In this document: positions 59,200-64,000 of the stretch, in pieces
Position numbering within the stretch: the first letter of the stretch is position 1
How the letters are laid out: each line of letters begins with the position of its first letter
Origin: Mobula hypostoma
Taxonomy: Eukaryota
Reading direction: 5' to 3'
NCBI RefSeq assembly: GCF_963921235.1
Contig: NC_086097.1
Coordinates: 166,534,001-166,598,000, forward strand
Length of the DNA stretch: 64,000 nt
The notes under the pieces: model-generated
Seen by the model: only the letters and a program-made list of their open reading frames with translations
Told to the model about the DNA's origin: nothing
The model's database searches: none
Position numbers and translations under genes: made by a program

Positions 59200-61730
59200 A
59201 CTAGGAGAAATAAAGGGAATAGGTTGTCAGTCAGTGCAGGGTTCCCCTGTGGCCATTCCCCTTGCTAACAGGTACTCCCCTTTGGAGACTGTTAAGCGAC
59301 ATGTTCTTTCAGGGACTAACAGCAGTTGTCAGGTGTGTGGCACTGGTTGGCTCTGAGGGTTAGACGGAAATTGCAGTAAGATAGCATGATAGTGATGGGG
59401 GACTCGATGGTTCAGGGGTTTGTGGCTGTAGAAGACAAGCCAGGATGGTGTGTGGCCTCTTGGGTATCAGAGTTAAGAATGTCTCTAAGTGGCTGCAGAA
59501 AATGGGAGAAGGCAAACAGCCAAAGGTTATTGTACACATTGGTGCAAATGATATAGGTAGTACAAGAGATGAGGTCCTGCAGAATGTATAGGCAGTGAGG
59601 CAAGTAATTAAAATGTAAGACCTGAGAGCAGTCATCTATGAAAAACTCCCAGTGCTATGTGCTGGTGATTCCGGAAAATAGGCCAGATGAACATGTGGTT
59701 GAAGAACCTAAGGGCAATTATTTAGATTCTTGGATCATTAGGATCTCTTCTGGAGAGGGAGGCAACCTGTATAAGAGGGAAGGGTTGCATTTGAACCAGA
59801 GAAGGACTAATATCCTAGTGGGAAAATTTGCTTTTGCCACCAGGGAGGGTTTAAACTAGACTGGCAGGACAGTGAGATGCGAGTGAAGTCAAAGAGAAGA
59901 CAGGTACGTGTGGCAATCAGATAGTCACATTTACAGTTAAAGGACTGATAGGACCACTGCTTTAAAGTGCATCTAGTTCAATGCAACACACCCAAAATGC
60001 TGGAGGAACTCAGTGAGTCAAGCAGCATCTATGGATGGAAATGGAAAAGAATTTCAGGTCAAGACTCTTCATCAGAACTGGAAAGAAAGAGGATTGAAAG
60101 CAGCATAAAATGATGATGGGTCAGGGAGGAGCACGAGCTTGTGGGTAATAGGTAAATCCAGGTGAGAGTGGGAAGATAGGTAGGTAGGAGTAGGTGATAT
60201 GTGGGAATAATAAGAGAAGCTGGGAGGTGATATGTGAAAGAGGTTAATGTCTGAAGAACGCAAACAACAGGAATTCTGCAGATGCTGGAAATTCAAGCAA
60301 CACCAGCAACTTTGAAATAGTTGGATTGTCTGAAGAAGATGGATTGTAGGAGAGGTCAGTAGACCATGGAATAAAGGAAGGGAAGGTCTGGGTGATGGGC
60401 AGTTTGTAAGGTCAGGAGAAGGGAAAGAGAAAGGTGGAGATGGGCCAGAGGGATAAGGGAAAAAAAGGTAGGGGAGTGGTTACTGGAAGTTGGTTTCAAT
60501 GCACGTAGTTTAACAGGAAAAGTGGATAAACTGAGGGTGTGGAATGCCTCTAGGGACTGGGATATTGTGGCTGAGAGAAGGGCAGGACTGCCAGCTCAGT
60601 TCTCTGGGATACCAATGTTTTAGGCATGACAGAGGATCAGGTAAGAAAGTAGTTATGGGAAAAGTTATATCTGGTCCACAGATTAAATTGATGTACTGAA
60701 GCAGGGCCAACTTTGAGGGAATTAGGCAGAATCTAGCTGGGGTTGACCAGGTCACTATTTAAAGGCAAAGGGAAACCGGCAAGTGGGAGGCTTTTAAAAA
60801 GGTGATATCAAGATTCCAGCACATTGTGTTCTTGTTAGTTTGAAGGGTAGACATACCAAGTTCAGGGAAGCTTGGCTAATGAGAGATTGATGTTCTAGTA
60901 AGGAAAAACAAGGAAGCATACATATTTAGGCAGCTGTATACTAATGAATTCCTTGACAAATATATAATTTTAAGACCAGGCATAAGAACGAAATCAGTAA
61001 GGCAAGAAGTTACAAGATGGACTTGGCAGCCCAAATTAAAAATAATCTCAAGTGATTCTTCAGTTCTAGTAACTGTTAAAGGTCAACTAGGGAAATACCA
61101 CATTTTCTTAAGCAGCCCCTGTGTGGAGCCACAGAAATAAGCTGATAATTTTAATATCTATTTCTCCTCAGTGTTCACTAAGGAGAATATCATTGATACT
61201 GAATAATTTAGGGGAATAAGTAGTAAGGGGTTGGGCATGGGTTGTATTTGTAGCCTAGAAGTGTACTAAAGTGGGAAAATACCCAAAGCCTGATCAAGTG
61301 CACCTTCTGACTTTATGGGAGGCCTCTGAAGAAATTGCAGAAGCCCTTGTGTCGATAACTTTCTTAATTTTAAGCCACTGAATAAGTCCCAGAAAGTGGT
61401 TAATGTTGTTCCATTTTTCAAGAAGGATAGCAAGGACAGATCAGTGAGTTGTAGGGAAGTTACTGGAGAGAATTCTGGGGGATGATCTACCATCACTTGG
61501 GCACAGATCCAAGAAGGGAGAGATATAAGAGACCTGAGGGTTAACTTCTTTACAGAACATGATGAGTACCTGGAATAAATTGCCAGAGATACAATTGCAA
61601 CATTTGGATAGGTACATGGAAGGGAGGAGGTTGGAGATTTATGGGCCAAACCTGAGCAACTGGGACTAACTGTGGTTGTCATAGACCAGTTGGCCTAAAG
61701 GGCCTGTTTCCATGCTGTATAACTATAACA
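59200..61730 (+). mobile_element. Old degenerate CR1 LINE including ORF1 SGNH-esterase remnants, interrupted by Penelope fragments (about 59985-60500)
   Basis: Remnants reading GDSMV.G, RMVC, VIVHIGANDIG and GLHLNQRRTNIL, followed by ORF2 and 3' tail remnants. Confidence 0.7.
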
Positions 61731-62144
61731 CGTTTTCATGGAATTGAAATTGGTTTATTACTGCATACAAGTACAGTGAAAGGCTTGTCTTGCATATCGT
61801 TCATACAGATTAATTCATTGAGGTTGCAGAGAACAGCTTGCAACGAGTTACCATGCTCCAGATAACGCGATTGCTGTTATTATTTATAATGTGATTTCGG
61901 TAAGGAGCTAAAAGTTACTTTGGAAGTTGACAGATAGAGAAAAAAAACTTGTCTTGTTTGAGGCGGAGAGAGAAAAAATAGTTTCCATGTAGACCCTACA
62001 GTAATCAAACACAATTTTTCCTTGGCCTGTTTAAAAAAATATATTTAGAGATACAGTGCGGAACGAGCCCTTCCTTCCAGCCCAATGAGCCGCACCGTCC
62101 AGCAACCCACTTATTTAAACCTAGCCTGATCACAGGACAAATTA

Positions 62145-62336
62145 TAAACACAAAATAATCTGCAGATGCTGGGGTCAAAGGCTACCCACCAGCCATCTCC
62201 TTCCCACCCTTCTTTATAGGGCCTCTGCCCCTTCCCTCTATAGTCCTGATGAAGGGTTCCGGCCCGAAACGTCGACCGATCTTTTCCACGGATGCTGCCC
62301 GATCTGCTGAGTTTCTCCAGCGTGTTGTGAGTGTTG
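62145..62336 (+). mobile_element. 192-bp mini Penelope insertion with a 14-bp TSD and an inverted tail
   Basis: TSD cacaggacaaatta at 62131-62144 and 62337-62350. Confidence 0.88.
62242..62277 (+). ncRNA. Minimal type-I hammerhead ribozyme with an intact core (Penelope-associated)
   Basis: guc CUGAUGA a ggg uuccgg ccc GAAA cg UC gac: both conserved boxes, stem II GGG/CCC, stem I GUC/GAC, palindromic ACGU helix III. Predicted cleavage after C62273. Confidence 0.75.
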
Positions 62337-63009
62337 CACAGGACAAATTAACAATGACTAATTAACCTAGTAACCAGCATGCCTTTTGACTGTGGGAGGA
62401 ATCCGGTTTATTCGGAGGTAACCCATGTGATCACGGGGAGAATGTCCACATTCCTTACAAACCGTGTGGAATTGTACTCAGAGCTGTGATAGTGTCACTA
62501 ACCACAACGCTGCGGTGGCACTTCAAACCGGTCTCAGCCCGAAACGTCGACTGTACCTCTTCCGAGAGATGCTGCCTGGCCTGCTGCGTTCACCAGCAAC
62601 TTTGATGTGTGTTCCTTGCGCTGGTGAATCGTGTGTTCGGGACCAGGCTACTGGCATCTCCAAATCTCATCACCAGTTCAAAATTTATTCACCAAGCTAA
62701 TTTCACATCCGCAACATTGTCCTGTTTTCCATATCAACCGAGAATTTGCAGTAGAAATGTCATTTTCATCTTTGCATCATCATTAGAGAATAAATCACAA
62801 ATTAACTTCTACCAATTGTCGACAAGCAAGTTAACACAAAAAAAAACAAATGTTGGAAATCTTAAATCAAAATAACAGAGCGCACATTCGCGTTAAAGAG
62901 CCCCGACACACGCAAAATGCAGGAGGAAGTCAGCAAGTCAGGCAGCATCTATTAAAATAAAAAAACAGTCGGCGATTCGGTCCGAGACCCTTCTTCAGGA
63001 CTCAATGCC

Positions 63010-63370
63010 CGAGAGCGTCTCGGGGTCCGGGTACAGTACAGTACAATTCCGGCTCTAAGAGAATGCGCATGCACGGAAAGGAAACCGCCGACAAAAAGAA
63101 AGCGCGCAACCGCATCGACGGACCCGGCGGTGCCGCTAGGAGGGTGCGCATGCGCATTCCCGAGCGACACTCAGCGGCGATGAGGGTCTGCGGAAGGAGT
63201 GGTGGATTGGTCGTGGTGGAGCGCTTGGTGTTTGCCGCCGACGCCGGGGACTCCGACCCATGCTCCAGGGCGGTGTTGTTCGCAGGACAGCTGCCAAATC
63301 TGCACAAACTTGCCTGGAACCAAGTGAAGGGGAAGCTGGAGCCCCGGGTGACCCAGGAGGTAGCGAGAAA
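63010..63370 (+). promoter_or_regulatory. CpG-island promoter of the NPEPL1-like gene
   Basis: CpG-dense. Perfect NRF1 palindrome TGCGCATGCGCA at 63145-63156 and a near match at 63064. Confidence 0.8.
63180..63359 (+). CDS. NPEPL1: First coding exon of an NPEPL1-like probable aminopeptidase (M17 family); the rest of the gene lies beyond the window
   Basis: MRVCGRSGGLVVVERLVFAADAGDSDPCSRAVLFAGQLPNLHKLAWNQVKGKLEPRVTQE aligns without gaps to recalled human NPEPL1 LQFQASAGDSDPQSRPLLLLGQLHHLHRVPWSHVRGKLQPRVTEE (about 27/45 identities by eye). gcgATG start, phase-0 donor GAG|GTAGCG. Orthologue versus paralogue is unresolved. Confidence 0.85.
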
Positions 63371-64000
63371 GCAAGAGGTCCAAGATGGGGCCAGATGTTC
63401 AGGCTATTCAGCCCTTCTGGCTCTCTGTTGACCCGGCACCTATACTTAGGTGGCAGTGGCCCAGGGCTAAAGAGAGTGGAGTTGCTTGAAGCATGTTCTG
63501 ATGCTCAGTTTGCACCTTGATTTTTAAATTATTACTCTTCATGCTTCCCCCTGCCTCCCACTTATATATCTGTAGTCCCTTGCTCTTAACGTCCTACTCA
63601 TCTCTGAATTTTACTGCTGCACCATAGGTGACTGCACCTTTGATGGGAAAACGTAAACTCTAAAACTCTTACGTTAAAAGCATTGTGCCTGATCTTGTGT
63701 CTACCTACTTTGTGTTTTGGTGCCAATGTTTTCGTTCTCACTATCACTAGTAATGACAGTGTTTATTGTCCCTCATCTGTGGAGGCACATTATTGTGTTT
63801 AGAGTTAGTCCAGGTAAAGGATTGCACATTTCCTTCCCTGAAGGGCCTTACTGCTGCTGAAACCAGTTACAATGAAATATTTAATTGCACTTGTACTACT
63901 GGCATCCATTCCTTCTAGAACTGACTTTATAGACACAGGTAGATTCATTGCTAATTATTTATTTCTTTGAACAGAAGAACCTGGTTTGACCATCACTTGT

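Larger units (their letters stand above)
62040..62520 (-). mobile_element. V-SINE/HE1-like SINE with a CR1-like tail, split by a mini-Penelope insertion
   Basis: Minus strand ...cattctccccgtgatcacatgggttacctccgaataaaccggattcctcccacagtcaaaaggcatgc resembles the V-domain. Confidence 0.7.

Noticed and set aside
63063..63431. Whole 122-aa ORF as a single-exon protein
   Set aside because: NPEPL1 similarity stops exactly at the GAG|GTAGCG donor, and the upstream Met codons come from NRF1-type GCGCATGC promoter motifs.
63955..64000. Acceptor-like tttctttgaacAG as NPEPL1-like exon 2
   Set aside because: Phase-0 reading gives KNLV* with no similarity to the expected LWQAAL... segment; exon 2 is probably beyond the window.

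Overview
Repeat-rich vertebrate nuclear DNA, most likely from a cartilaginous fish such as a ray (inferred from the CR1, Rex/Babar, Penelope and V-SINE repeat mix). The window holds a complete 12-exon NAPG (gamma-SNAP) gene on the + strand: CDS 14087-53827, 939 nt, 312 aa. Its intron 3 is a minor-spliceosome (U12) intron directly followed by an 18-nt micro-exon. NAPG shares a CpG-rich promoter with what looks like an unidentified minus-strand gene of four phase-compatible exons, including an 8-nt micro-exon at the window edge. At the right end a second CpG island starts an NPEPL1-like aminopeptidase gene. Its position beside NAPG suggests a whole-genome-duplication paralogue of NPEPL1 that mammals lack at this locus. 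The rest is nested transposable elements: Nimb/I, CR1 and Rex/Babar LINEs, Penelope elements with hammerhead ribozyme motifs, Tc1, pogo/Tigger and hAT elements, a Helitron, a solo LTR and SINEs. Gene and family assignments come from recalled sequences compared by eye; no database search was run.
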